A stretch of DNA of 62,000 nt. It comes from Acanthaster planci (lineage: Eukaryota). The position numbers and the translations under genes are program-made. Location of the stretch: the NCBI RefSeq assembly GCF_001949145.1, contig NW_019091401.1, positions 434,001 through 496,000 of the forward strand. The letters run 5' to 3'. Every line of letters begins with the position of its first letter. Position 1 is the stretch's first letter. Below the pieces are notes generated by a model. That model was given only the letters and a program-made list of their open reading frames with translations, did no database searches and was not told the DNA's origin. Of the stretch, positions 1 through 12,749 are shown in pieces.

Positions 1-285
1 TAAACGAAGTGGCTATCAAGTATCATTACGGCAGTCGTAACCCATTTCTCATTTTATATCGTTACGGCACTGAACTGGGCAAGTGCGATGACATGTCTGA
101 TCATCACGATGGTTTATGTATGTTAAAATTACCTGAATCGCTGAACACTTGTGGCCGAGTGGTCAAGGTGGAAGGGTTGGGACCACTGGTGTGTGAGTTT
201 GAATCTGCGCTTGGACTTTTTTTTTCTAAATTTCATGTTTTATACCATGATTTTTTTATGTTGGTTAATTGCAAAAAACCTACAA
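1..285 (+). repeat. Interspersed repeat with a tRNA-like Pol III module (copy 1, truncated by window start)
   Basis: A-box-like TGGCCGAGTGG (~152), B-box-like GTTTGAATC (~197) and a T-run. The segment matches the reverse complement of 9105-9164 plus 10015-10240. Confidence 0.8.
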
Positions 286-2097
286 ATATTCCTACGATAT
301 TACTGGCCCCAATTGTCTGGCTAAGCTGAAGGCAGTAACCAGGAAGTTTTGGAATGTTTACTGTTGTTCGTCTGACCGGGCGGCGATGATCATCGAGCAC
401 TTTGATATGCCAGAGTTGTAACTCCTTCTGTGTCCTTCCTCCATGGTAGTACTTAACCTACATTACTGGCAAAAAATGAGGTTTTTTCCTACCATCCTCA
501 TCTCTCATTCCTTGACGATCCGCACACATCTGCTTTCTCTTGTGGCCGTGCGTCACGTGACAAAAACAGATGCAGCGCATTTGCTTAACGAATGTTTATG
601 TTGCTGTGGATACCAGTCCTGATAATTCCAACTACTCTCGTTATATATAGAGATTATATATAGAGACATCTGGGAAATCTGTGGTCAGGGAACCTCACTA
701 ACCACATGCCATAGTGTGCGGAACCATCAAAAAGTGGAGTGCATTGAGGCCTATGGAATAATGCCTTACTGTTCAGGAAGTAAGGCAAACATACCATATT
801 CCCACTCAATTTTATGACAAAAGCAACAGAGCATACAATCAGCAGTGTAGAAACAAACTATTAGGATTTACTAATAATGTACTTGGTAAGAAATTGAGAC
901 ATTTCATACGTTCATGGTGTGCCTAGTGTGCTAAAAAATTGAAGTCAAATCCTTACATTGGAAGACAGAGTGAATGCGATTAATTCAGTATTCAAATATT
1001 CAACTTCAAGTTTATCAAAGAATTAAATATTCAGTAGTATCAAATTTCCATAAAATTACAAACAAAACAGATTTGTCATTGTCTGGAGGGAACTCTTTCC
1101 AAAATAAAAATACTTGTAAAAAGAGTAGTTTTTTTGGCCATATTTACTGTTGCCAGCGTAGCATCAATTGTAAATTCACACATTACATGTTGTGTAGCAA
1201 AATAAGTACTCTTTTTCCCTTCTTAACCCTAACCCCTAAGGACCATTGAAATCCTGCATAACCTTGTTGGGTTCAGCATGGTTAGGTTTAATTTCAGCTG
1301 TTATTTCAACCTCCAAATAATTTAATTTCAGAAATACATGTAATTATACGAATATTGAATAGTTGATCCCAAATACCCAATAATTTGGTAGAGCAGTATT
1401 ACAGACAGTAAGTCTCAAGTCAAGCAAGTTAGTTGATAAGCTGTTCAAAGTAGCTGTTATAAAAACAATTCCCATTCCTTTGTCTTTGTTCAATCCTTGT
1501 TACTGATATGACTACATCTACATGTACATGCAGTTCTGTAATATGCCAAAATTAGGCTATAATTTCAGGTTGTAGTTGCCTGCGATCCACTGCAGTGATA
1601 TTCCAAGTTTCAGTGATCAAATCTCAAGATACAGCATGCTATAATGTAGATATCATGATTCATGGCAATACATCTATTTCAATCTGAGCTCTGCTTTGTT
1701 CAGTCAAAATCTCACTGCTAAGCAATAGAGTCACAACAAATGTGAGCATGAGATATTTCAGACTTGTTATTGATCAGCACTTTCAATCAAGTAACATCGT
1801 ATAACTTTGCATGGAAAGATTTGATAACCAAGTATCATTTTTTATGTGATTAGGATAAAAGAACTGAACTGAATTTAACTGAATATGTACATTTGGTGTG
1901 TATATGTAACAAGTTTCATAATTCAGCATTATACATGTACCGTGTCCACTTTTCAACCTTGTTGCTTGTAGACACATGTACATGTACTCACTAGTATTTG
2001 AAAACTTGTTTCTTGTAATGAAAGTCCTGATGGTAAATATCCTCAAGGTTGAATCGTAAAAGTTGAAATAGAAATTGTGCTCTTGTATTTCCAACAG

Positions 2098-5000
2098 TTT
2101 GCATTCCTCCCCCAAGCCAGTCTTTCACAGTCCTAGCTCAGCTGCCAAGTGGCAAAGTAACAACCAAAGGTCAACTGTTGAGCTTGAAGTACCTGCAGAC
2201 AAATTCCCTCCCGAACACCTGGAGAAAGTCAGAATGCTCAGTGAAGGTAAGCTGACTTTACGCTGGTTGATTCATTGGCACTCCTTATCCTTCTTTTTGA
2301 TTACCAAGCAAAAGTCTATATCACACTTAAACCACATGTAGTGCTCATTGGACTGACTACAGAAAAACGAGAGATTTTAACTTTGTTGTACCATCTTTGT
2401 TCATGAGTTTTATGAGTCACAGTATTTTTATACACAAGTATAAGTGGAACACAGAATAAAGTAGTGCATCTACATGATCTGTCCCATATGTACCATTCGT
2501 TCAAATTTACCTTCTAGCAAATTCTTGCTTGAATTCAACTTGACATGCAGGAGATGGAATTATGTGCACTGTACAGGAAATAGATAAAAAAATAAAATTT
2601 ACCAAACTTGTGCATGTCAAAAAATAGTAACACAGACAAGGACGCTACTTGTACTTGAATTCTGAAATGTTATTTACCAGTGAGTGCTAGAATTATTTAA
2701 ATGCATGTGACAATCAGCATGGGATGCTGTGACTTGACAGTGAATTTGGCTGCTGCAGGTTTTGCTTAAGCAGAAAATAGCATGCTGTGGAGTTACAACA
2801 GCTTAATACATGCTGTGTACTATATCTTAGATTTTACAATATGTAATGTGAGACACTGTCTGTTGCCATGGATTGACCAACCAGAATTAAGGATTCAAGA
2901 CTCCTTGAAGATAAAGCTTGATATCAGCTATCTATTGTCATGTTAACTTTGATCAGTGTTGCTCTGTGGATAACCAAAACGTGGTTTCATCAATCGTCAT
3001 GCTACAGGGTGGAAGCACTTTTTAAAACTAATTCATGTTAACCTTCTTGGTTGTTGTACTCTAGTAGAGTAACTCAGGGGAAAAATTGAGAATGGAAAAA
3101 AAATTGGACATAAGGCATTCTACAAAAAAATTAAATGAGAAATAAAAGATTTAAAAATAAGAAATAGAAACTGTAAAAAGAAAGGAAACAAAATAACCCC
3201 CTCCCCCTTGAAGAAGGGCATAGAAATTAGGTTGATGAGGTTTGCTTTTGACTCATGACCAAGTTGTAGCAGTTGCATTGCAGGTTACCTTATGACTGTT
3301 GCGCAAGCGCTGTGGAAACTAAAGCCACACACAGCAGGAAATTGTAGTTATGACTGTGATGAACTACTCGGTTATGAACTCACCATTTGACTCATGCAAG
3401 ATGCGGTTTGCTCTCAGGATGTAATCATTTGCTATATGACCATGAAGTCTTAGTCTAAGGGGCTAGGTTGTATTGAACAAGTGCATACTTAAGGAATTTC
3501 CAAAAATGGTACATGTAGGATAGCAGTATACTGTGCAAGAGGAATTTTAGATATTTGCTAATATTTGCTATATATAGCACTTGCATTTCTCCATAATTGA
3601 GAGTGTACAATTCTTTGTAGAAAAATCTGAAAATATGGAAGTTGAGTAATTTTTTTTTGCTGTGAGGCACATAGATAAAGGACAATTTTCCCAACTTTTT
3701 AGGTATATACAGTGTAGGTACTTTGCTGTAGATGTAATTACATTTGGCTAATTAGGGTTAACTTTTTAAGGGAGTTAATGCAGAAATGCCAAAAAATGGC
3801 CAGTAGTATCTGATGGAAGGTCCAATAAATTTGATGTGATGTACACCAATCAAGGTTAGTGTTCACCACATAGAATCTTGTTTGATTTGGCATGGTTAGA
3901 GTTATTAATTTACCTAACATATATATTATATATTAATATGGTATTTGGTTTTTCAAAATGTTAACTGAACAAAAAGGCAGTTACTTCATAGAAGATGCCA
4001 TGTAAAGAGCTGACATGTTTTTAATTTGACCCAAATTGTTGACAAATAGTTCAGTTATTGATAAATAGTTCAGTTATTGATAAATAGTTCAGTTATTGAT
4101 AAATACATGTAGTTCAGTTACCACTACATAGGTATATTCCATTTTTCATTTGTGACCCAGTCCATACCAGATGCTGAAAATATTTTAACAATGTTTGCAC
4201 ACCATATACAGCTACATGTACTTGTGCGATTCGCTAGATTTATGAAAGAAAATCCTGCACATTCTAACATTTGAATCATACTGAGTTCGTGATTCGGTTT
4301 CAGCATGGAACAGAGCAAAGGCTGAAATCCAAGAGGGGAAACAGCAGAGAAGAGGTAAGTTGCTTGCCTCATTCAGATTTCACAATCCATCTCTACTGGC
4401 TTTAGTACACCTGTGCAACCCATTCTGACAAAAGGAGTCGCAAGTCACCAGAGCCACTTTTGAGTCAGAGACCTTTATAAGAATCTTGCAGTCGTGAATA
4501 GTGTTTTTGCATTGCTGGTGTCTCAGAGGATGTTCATTGTTTTTTTGATATTGTTGTAGGGAATGCACAAAAAAGGTGCCACAGCTGGGGGCTGTTGAAT
4601 GTGAAACAAGTTTTTCTTGAGGATATCATGCTACTTGGCTGCTAAAATGCACTTAAACATTGTTGAACAGCTGGTAGATTTATTACCGACATTACAGAAA
4701 AACAGCAAGTTCAATTACTCGGACAGACCTCTTGCACCCATCCTCATGTGTTCAGTCACAAAATGTGCCTCCCAGTTTCATGGAAAGACACATGCTTTCT
4801 TGTGCACTGTACCCAGTGTACTCAATTCACTGTACATGTAGTCAGTAAGGTCACAAATTGTGGTTAACTGATGAACTTTGTTTTCCCAGCTGATTCAACG
4901 TCACCAATCACGGTGGAATATCTAGACAAGAGGGAACACCCATTATTTCAAAGTAAGTTCCAGTGCTTCATTGTTTTTTGCAAACAGTGTGAGGGAATGT

Positions 5001-5331
5001 ACTTATTGCATAACCATACCCTCAGGTGCATTTGTCTCTTGTTTAATCATGGTTTTGTGCTCATTCAGTTGAAAACGTGTCTTAGTTCACTGTGCAAATC
5101 ACGCATGTGAACCAGCAGGCACATGTAATATGTGACCTTTCTGGGTTATTAGATCACACTATTTCATTTCAATGAAATTTGAAATCAAAATTTCAAAGCC
5201 TTGCCATGCCTGTTACTCAAAGTTATGAGTAAGTGTCATATTTTCTTTTGTGTCACTTTGCAGATTTTGAGCCCATGGATTTGGAGAAGGAACAGCTGGC
5301 CTACATGATGCACAAAAAGGATACCACGTAA
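2098..5331 (+). CDS. MCRIP: MAPK-regulated corepressor-interacting protein (MCRIP/FAM195 family), last four coding exons; 5' exon(s) not identified
   Basis: AG/GT-bounded exons 2098-2246, 4304-4354, 4890-4952 and 5264-5331 join in phase with no stops: SLHSSPKPVFHSPSSAAKWQSNNQRSTVELEVPADKFPPEHLEKVRMLSEAWNRAKAEIQEGKQQRRADSTSPITVEYLDKREHPLFQNFEPMDLEKEQLAYMMHKKDTT*. PEHLEKVRMLSEAW and VEYLDKREHPLFQNFEPMDL match MCRIP1/FAM195B motifs recalled as PAHEENVRFIYEAW and VEEYVEKVPNPSLKTFKPIDL. Confidence 0.88.
4039..4120. repeat. 19-bp minisatellite (AAATAGTTCAGTTATTGAT, about 4 copies) in an MCRIP intron
   Basis: Direct tandem copies visible in the sequence. Confidence 0.9.
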
Positions 5332-7990
5332 CATAGGCCTTTGCACATGTTCCATGTAAAGTCTATCTTTTAAAAAACCCTATTGAAAAGTGTGTGTTCT
5401 TGATCTTTTGGGAAATTGATTGATTGTGCATGTTGGTGAAACCCAGAGAAGTCTTTATAGAACTGACGTGATTGACATTGTAAATGCATGAATGATATTC
5501 TGAAAATAACATCCAGCCAATTTTTGGTTCTGGGTTGGTTTAATGGTTTGAAATATTGTCTGCCAGTGATACATTTCAACTCGACTACCATTTCCAATGT
5601 TTGTAGCATTGATCACAAGGTGACATGTAAGCAGAGGTGTAAGCCAAGATTTTTTGGGGGGAGGGGTACTTAGGGGCCTCATTTTCCAGAGGGGGGGGCA
5701 CTCAGTGGGCTCGTTTAGAGTTAAAACACTGACCGTCAGCAGATTGTTTCCTCCTCTAATTTCTGTGTGGTGGTGGTGGTGGTGGGGGTATACATGGGGG
5801 TACAGGTCTTCAGCGGAGGGTGTGTGTGCCCCCCTTAGTTACATGTACATGTAAGCCAGTAACTAAGTTACATGCCTGTAACAGTTTCTAAATATCTAAG
5901 AATAAATGTATTGGTGAATACAGAGACCACCAAATAGGGTGGATAACAAAGCCAGCAATGGAGTGCAAACAGTATTTTAGAGGCCACAGTCACAGTGGAT
6001 TCACATTCCTCTTTGCCACTTTCTGTGACTTCATCCAGATTAAAGTTTACTTTCCAAGAGAGCTGAAATGGCTCATTTAAATTTTTCTTTGGAAAGAAAA
6101 CTCAATTTTTCCACGATACGTAGTTATGACCGTTTACAGGTTTCAATCAAAGTGGTGACTGAAATTATGACAGTGGCCAATTGGATTTCACAAAATAAAA
6201 AGCAGAACTGTTGAAGAGTCTATTACAGATCAACCACTGGACTGGACAGAAGTGAGGGATTTTATCTGATTTGTTTGAGTACATGTAGGCTGGGAGTTGA
6301 AGGTGAATCACATTATATTGGACCCTGGACCCATGAGAACTTTCACTCAACTACAGCACTGGCATGACTGGTGGAAAAGTATTGGAATGCACAACCTTGC
6401 ATTTTTGTAAGTAAAATTACCCATCCTGCCTTCCAACCGTGTGTGCCCTACTTTTACCTAATCTTCCTGTAATCTTATAGATAACGTGTATATTTTAAAG
6501 GTTGAACAGATTTTAAGCTATAAGTTGTACAAAACTTATTAGTTGTGTGATTATAAATGAGTAGTAGTTGGTAAAACAGCCTTGGTGTGAACAGTGTATT
6601 CAGGTCAGACTCAGTCACGAAAGAATGATTTTGGGAATTGTGTTTTCAGAAAAGAGAAATAACGCGGATGTTTTGCTGTGGAACTGCCAAGTGTCATGTT
6701 TTTTACTTGTTAGTTCAGTTGTCTTTTCTCGGGGCACTGGGTTGTATGAGATCCTGTGACAGCTTCCGAGTACCTTACTGTCTAGAACATCGCCTGCTGT
6801 ACATGTATGTGGCTGCATATCTCATTGGAAATCTGCTTTGGCAAGTTTTTTGTGTTTGTCTTGGAAAAGTTCAAAAGCTTTAAAAAAGTTAACCTTGTCC
6901 CTGGCAGGTTCAATTCACCTCGTTTTTTATTCATATTCTTTGTACATGCTGATAACTTGGCATATAATGTGCCATTTGGTTCCATTCTATCTTCAACCAG
7001 GTTGGGTTAGGTGTTGGGCTTACCAGATCATGCAGAAAAAAGAGAACAAACCTGTATAGGTTGATAACATGACATCCCCCAGTTGTCAAATTTGACAGCG
7101 ATACACATGTGCATAGGATGATTTCTAGATTTTAAAAGAATTTATATTTGTTGATTGAAGAAGGGGTACACTTCATCCATTGCGTTTTGTTCATGTACAT
7201 CTGTATAATGTGAATTTGTGGGCTACTTTGGCTGACATAAACTTTAACCGTGAAAGTATTTCTATGAAAAACATGTTTTACACTTGGAGAATTTCACAGG
7301 AAAGCTTTTTATCCAAATATATTTCATGGCTTGACGCTCTCATGAGTTTTCTGTTCTGCAGAAGAAGAGGTTTGGGATGCAGTGCCTTTCCAAAAACAAC
7401 CCTGTGTCAGTGTGCAGATTTTGTCTTCTCCCTTTTAAAAAATTTTCCTGAGCCTGTATACGTGCATGCTTTAGTTTCTGAGCAAGATTCTTGGAGTGAT
7501 TAAGTATTGATAGGTCGCTGATTACGCACAGTCGGAATACAAATGTTATATTTCGTACTTCCTAATCCAATTACATGGAGGTGGTTATAAGCACCTGTTT
7601 AGTGTTTTACAAACTGGGAAATGCCCAGGGTTCTGTGAAAACAAATTTGTGCAATTTGTTCTTTCTCGTCATTAGTAGAGTCGCTCTTACAGGAGGGTCT
7701 CTGTGTTGTGAACAGGTTTGACTTAATTTGATTGAAAATGCCTTTCTGGTTGACTGGGGATATGAAATATTCATTGATTTTGATGGCAACAAAATTGAAT
7801 GTGTATCAAAATGTGTGTACTTGTTTAAAATTTACACACGCAGGATTTTTTTTAAGTTATAAATTAAGATATTCGGATTTTAAATGTTTCCTGTCAATTA
7901 AAAGGAATGGATATTATTTGAACAGAATTTTGAAATGAAATGTCCCATTTGATTGCTATTACATGTAACTGTTTACTGAAAATAAAGTTC
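5332..7990 (+). other. Probable long 3' UTR of the MCRIP gene
   Basis: T/G-rich non-coding sequence after the stop codon. AATAAA at 5902 and 7981, the latter followed by a GT-rich tract. The true end is uncertain. Confidence 0.45.
5632..5847. mobile_element. hAT-like MITE
   Basis: Starts CAGAGGTGTAAGCC with G-rich and C-rich ends. Flanked by a perfect 8-bp duplication CATGTAAG (5624-5631 and 5848-5855). Confidence 0.6.
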
Positions 7991-8469
7991 AACCACTGAC
8001 TGTGCGTTTCATGTGTTTGTGTTTTCATTGTCAAAAAGAATGCAGATTTTTGGCCTTTGAGCCAGTATTTATAGTAAGCGAACACCTTACCATCATTACA
8101 AAATTAAAAGAAAAACACTCTGTATAGTCTCTTACTAATGTGGCCTCTGATTAACCGTCGCCGCTTGTAAGTGCAGAACTACCGTCAGTTGTTGATATCT
8201 CAAAATACTATTACCACCGAAAAGTTAGCACAAAAAAGATCATTGCACTGCACTAAAAAAGGATACCAGCTTTCACAAACCTAATTAATCAGAGAAGTAG
8301 GAGGTTTTGCAAAGTGAGATATTACACATTCCATGTACATGTAATGCATGGGGCTCTTGAAATTAAGCGGAAGGCCCCTGAAGCGTGATAAATAAAGACT
8401 CAATATGTAATGAAATATAATGAGTTAATGTACATGTAGTTGGAGAACTTTGATAAACTAGGCCAAGTT

Positions 8470-8590
8470 CATGGTTTTGGAAAGGCCAAGAGAGGGCGCA
8501 AATGTTGGGCGCCTGCGCGCGCATACTCGCTTAGCTTCACGATAACTGCATTTTTCCACGTGGCCGAACTGGAGAGTTACAAGGTAAGTT
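8470..8590 (+). promoter_or_regulatory. CpG-rich promoter-like segment with a splice donor (possible non-coding first exon)
   Basis: GCGCCTGCGCGCGCA (NRF1-like), CACGTG E-box, and AAG|GTAAGT donor at about 8583. Confidence 0.35.
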
Positions 8591-8819
8591 TCACTTTTAG
8601 TGTTAACAGAGTTTGGAAATATTCTAGCAGTAATTTTGCATTTAGACGATCATTTACATGTATGATGCTGACTTGTGTTGAGTGAATTTGTGTGGAATGG
8701 GATAGAAAGCTTGAACTTGAGTTGAGGAGTCGATGAAAATTTCTGTCGAAAACCGGTACTGCGGTAGACCTACGGCGGTAGACCAAAAAAATATTCAGTT
8801 AATTAGGCCTATGGGTGTT

Positions 8820-8970
8820 CACTGCCTTTAGCACCCTGTTCCTATTGTAAGGGAACAAATTCTACTTTTTTGAAAAAACTTATCTAAACAAGTTGTTGGT
8901 GATGTCCTCTTTCATATCACTGCCAGAAAGAAAAGAAAACGGGTTTTTTTTGGGTTTTGGAGGGAAATAA
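8820..8970 (+). mobile_element. Orphan left end of the CACTA-ended element family found at 56957-60560
   Basis: CACTGCCTTTAGCACCCTGTTCCTATTGTAAGGGAACAAAT...CTTATCTAAACAAGTTGTTGGTGA...GAGGGAAAT aligns over about 150 bp with 56957-57095. Confidence 0.85.
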
Positions 8971-9164
8971 CGCACCTCCCATTTTCGATCATTACAGCAC
9001 TGCAACTGCGCAAGCGCGCCAACATGAGCTTAGATTTCAGACTTTATTTCCCTTTAAAAATTCTCCAAAGCCTCCGATGAGAAAAGAAAAAAAGATTCCT
9101 ACTTAGGCCTATACAATTAGAAACCAACATTAAAAAACAATTAGGGTATAAAGCATGAAATTTA

Positions 9165-10014
9165 GGGGTGTCAGGTCAACTCGCCCCCTGACCGACTCGC
9201 CCCTTACCGACTTGCCCCTTACCGACTTGCCCCTTTCCAACTCACCCCCTTGTAAACTCGCCCCCTGAGCGACTCGCCTCTTACCAACTCGCCTCCTGGC
9301 CGCCTCGCCCCCTGACNNNNNNNNNNNNNNNNNNNNNNNNNNNNNNNNNNNNNNNNNNNNNNNNNNNNNNNNNNNNNNNNNNNNNNNNNNNNNNNNNNNN
9401 NNNNNNNNNNNNNNNNNNNNNNNNNNNNNNNNNNNNNNNNNNNNNNNNNNNNNNNNNNNNNNNNNNNNNNNNNNNNNNNNNNNNNNNNNNNNNNNNNNNN
9501 NNNNNNNNNNNNNNNNNNNNNNNNNNNNNNNNNNNNNNNNNNNNNNNNNNNNNNNNNNNNNNNNNNNNNNNNNNNNNNNNNNNNNNNNNNNNNNNNNNNN
9601 NNNNNNNNNNNNNNNNNNNNNNNNNNNNNNNNNNNNNNNNNNNNNNNNNNNNNNNNNNNNNNNNNNNNNNNNNNNNNNNNNNNNNNNNNNNNNNNNNNNN
9701 NNNNNNNNNNNNNNNNNNNNNNNNNNNNNNNNNNNNNNNNNNNNNNNNNNNNNNNNNNNNNNNNNNNNNNNNNNNNNNNNNNNNNNNNNNNNNNNNNNNN
9801 NNNNNNNNNNNNNNNNNNNNNNNNNNNNNNNNNNNNNNNNNNNNNNNNNNNNNNNNNNNNNNNNNNNNNNNNNNNNNNNNNNNNNNNNNNNNNNNNNNNN
9901 NNNNNNNNNNNNNNNNNNNNNNNNNNNNNNNNNNNNNNNNNNNNNNNNNNNNNNNNNAGGGGGCGAGTCGGTCAGGGGGCGAGTCGGCCAGGGGGCGAGT
10001 TGACCTACAATCCC
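9165..10014. mobile_element. Non-autonomous TIR element with internal ~17-bp tandem arrays (Kolobok-like MITE), spanning an assembly gap
   Basis: TIRs GGGGTGTCAGGTCAACTCGCC / GGCGAGTTGACCTACAATCCC. Inverted arrays of CCGACTCGCCCC units. Flanked by TTTA/TCTA. The empty site is visible in the paralogous repeat at about 225-235. Confidence 0.8.
9317..9957. other. Assembly gap
   Basis: Run of N. Confidence 1.
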
Positions 10015-10265
10015 TCTAGGCAAAAAAAAAAATAGTTCAAGCCGGTTCAAACTCACACACAAGTGGTTCCAAACCTTCCACCTTGACCACTTGGCCACAA
10101 GTGTTCAGCAATCCAGGTAATTTTAAAATATATAAACTGTGGTGATGATCAGCTACCTCATCACACTTGTGCAGTTCAGTGCCGTAACGATAGAAAATGA
10201 GAATTGTGTAAGGACTGCCGTAACGATAGCCACTTCATTTGACGTAAAACAATAATGACACTTTT

Positions 10266-11770
10266 CAGCTAGAATAGTGGAAGTCAGAGAACTGTAAAAA
10301 CATGGGACTCGTAATGGACTTGGAGGCCGTGATTGCCCACCGGTCTTTTAAACTGTTCCCCTTCCCAACTAACATAAAAGATTCTGCTGCATGCCAAAGA
10401 TGGAACAAACTACATGTAATCCAAAGGAGTGACCCCAAGATGCAGAAAAACAGGGTAAATAAGAAGCATGTCAGACTTTGCTCGAGACACTTCCCAGAGG
10501 GAGGTGCAACCCAGCTTGACATATGGGCTACTTGCAGCAGCGGAAAGTTGCAGCAAAATGTGCACCTCCCACCCGTCATCAACTGTTGCACATTTAAAAA
10601 CAACAAAAGATGTCTGTGGCAAATTGATGAAGAGCCAGTTGAAGAGGACATGGTGGCACCATATGACCATGACCACCGATACACCTATAGATATGACTGC
10701 CGAGAAAGATGTTCAACTCTACAAATAACAGATTTACAGCATAGGGCTACCGGGTACATGTAGGGTGCATGAGCTAGAACAGCAAGTCATCTCACTCAAA
10801 ACACAGGAAAAGCAGCTAAAATCTACGCTCAGGGGAAAACCCCCCAGATTTTTCGTGCTACCAATTTAAAGTGTGACAGTGACATGAAACATTGCATGTG
10901 TACTGGCCTGAGATCAGTGGAGGCATTTAATGATAGAGCCCCAAGCAAAGAAAATGTGTTACTGAACAAGCTCATCAAAAGCCCCAAGAAGAACATTCAG
11001 TAAGTCACCAAAGAAGATGGGGCCCAAGTGTAAGCTGAATTTGAAAGATGAGTTTTTGTTGACACTAATGCGCCTCCCTTGGGATTGACCATTAGTTTTT
11101 TGTTATTCCTTTTTGGAATTGAACACAGTTCTTGTTCAGAAATTGTTGCTACATGGATTCGAGTCCTAGCCATTATTCTAAAACCACTAATAGTAGGGCC
11201 AACTAGGACAGCAGTACGGGAAACAATGCCAAAGCAGTTTCGGAAAAAAACATAACCTGCGATGCATAACTGACTGCACCAAATTCTTCATTGAGCGCCC
11301 TAGGTCACTTGAGTTGCAGGCTGCCACTTGGTCTGATTACAAAAAGCACAATACAATTAACATGCTTGTTGATATGACACCCAATGGACAAATCTCATTC
11401 CTCTCGAAGGCATATCGTGGACGGGCCTCTCATGTTTTCATAGTTCGAAACAGTGGATTCTTGTTCTTGATTGAGCCCGGTGACATGCTAATTGCAGACA
11501 GGTTTTCCCATTCAAGAAGTTCTAATACTCTGTCATGCGTCCTTGGAGATACCTCCAGCAGCACAGGGAAATCGGCAGATGACCAGAGAAAATGTCCAAA
11601 AAACAAAAAGTGTCGCCAACTTGAGAATTCATGTTGAATGTGCTATCAATTGCGTGAAAGACTTCAAAATTGTTAATGGTACATTGCCCATTACTCTTAC
11701 ACCTTCTACTGATGACATGTTATCAATTTGTACAGCTCTGGTGAACTTACAGCCTGATTTGCTCAGGTAA
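10266..11770 (+). pseudogene. THAP-domain DDE_Tnp_4 (Harbinger/ISL2EU) transposase, with frameshifts and stops
   Basis: THAP motifs FKLFPFPT..W..RLCSRHF. HTH region LNLKDEFLLTLMRL. Core DCTKFFIERPRSLELQAATWSDYKKHNT..TPNGQISFLSKAYRGRAS..GDMLIAD(R)GF..ANLRIHVECAI..VNLQ. Confidence 0.92.
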
Positions 11771-12749
11771 TAAGGTTTAATCCTGCTGTATCCATTTCTA
11801 CAGGGACAAGCATTCAGTTGCAGTCATTTATGTATCAGAACAGTGCAGTTATTTATGAGTAATACTAAAATGCATGCACCTGTGTTTAATTCTTAGTTAA
11901 CTCCATGGCTGTAGACACTAGCTGACTTAAACTTACAATTAAAAGTTACCCTGTTTTACTTTTGTTTCATTGTTATCTTCACAAAGACAATATACATTGT
12001 ACACTGAAAAATTGTTAAATCTTTCTTTAAATTGACCTGTTTAAAAGGTCATTTATTTAATAACAAGAACCTCCACACTGTACCTACATGTACATGTATG
12101 TTTAAAGGCGGTTTGGCATTGGGAAAAACCAGCATTGAGAGACTTTCCTCTTGCAAAAGGACATAAATCGAAAGTTTTCAGTCATACAGACACTGGCTAT
12201 CAGAGCTGTATAGTTTAGCAAGGTTTTAGAGAATTCAATTTGCATGTGCAAAGATAAATATTTTAGTTCACCATGCCATTTAACTTTCAAGGGTTTATTT
12301 GCGAAAAAGAAGATGTGTTAAGAGCCGCAGTGAGTTTAATACAAATAATTTTTAACACCACATTCCCATCCAGAAATATAGATGTCTAAATTTACACTGG
12401 AAAATCGTGACAGCATAAGAAACCATTACCCCCTCCCCGAAAAAAAATNCGTGTGGGTTGATTGGACATAGATTGGGCCCAAGACAAAATTCAACAGGCA
12501 TTTCTCTTTCCCCAGGATTACAGGCAGTCCCGGTATGTAGGGATGGTCTAAAGACACAGACAAAAATTACAAAACCAGTCCCCATCTGGGTTTTGTTTTA
12601 TGTTTTGACATACCCAGTGGTACCACCCTCTGCAACTGTGGAAGCCTATGCTGTAATCTGACTGGGCTTTGATGTCTTGCTCACTTTTGTATCTTGGAGC
12701 ATATGGCACACAAATACAGGCAAACTGTCATGGGTTTCTTGACCCTCTT

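Larger units (their letters stand above)
9105..10240 (-). repeat. Interspersed repeat with a tRNA-like module (copy 2), interrupted by a MITE
   Basis: Reverse-complement match to 1-285 on both sides of the 9165-10014 insertion. Confidence 0.8.

Noticed and set aside
10140..10240. Apparent THAP N-terminus (PHHTCAVQCRN)
   Set aside because: This sequence belongs to the interspersed repeat that also occurs at 1-135.
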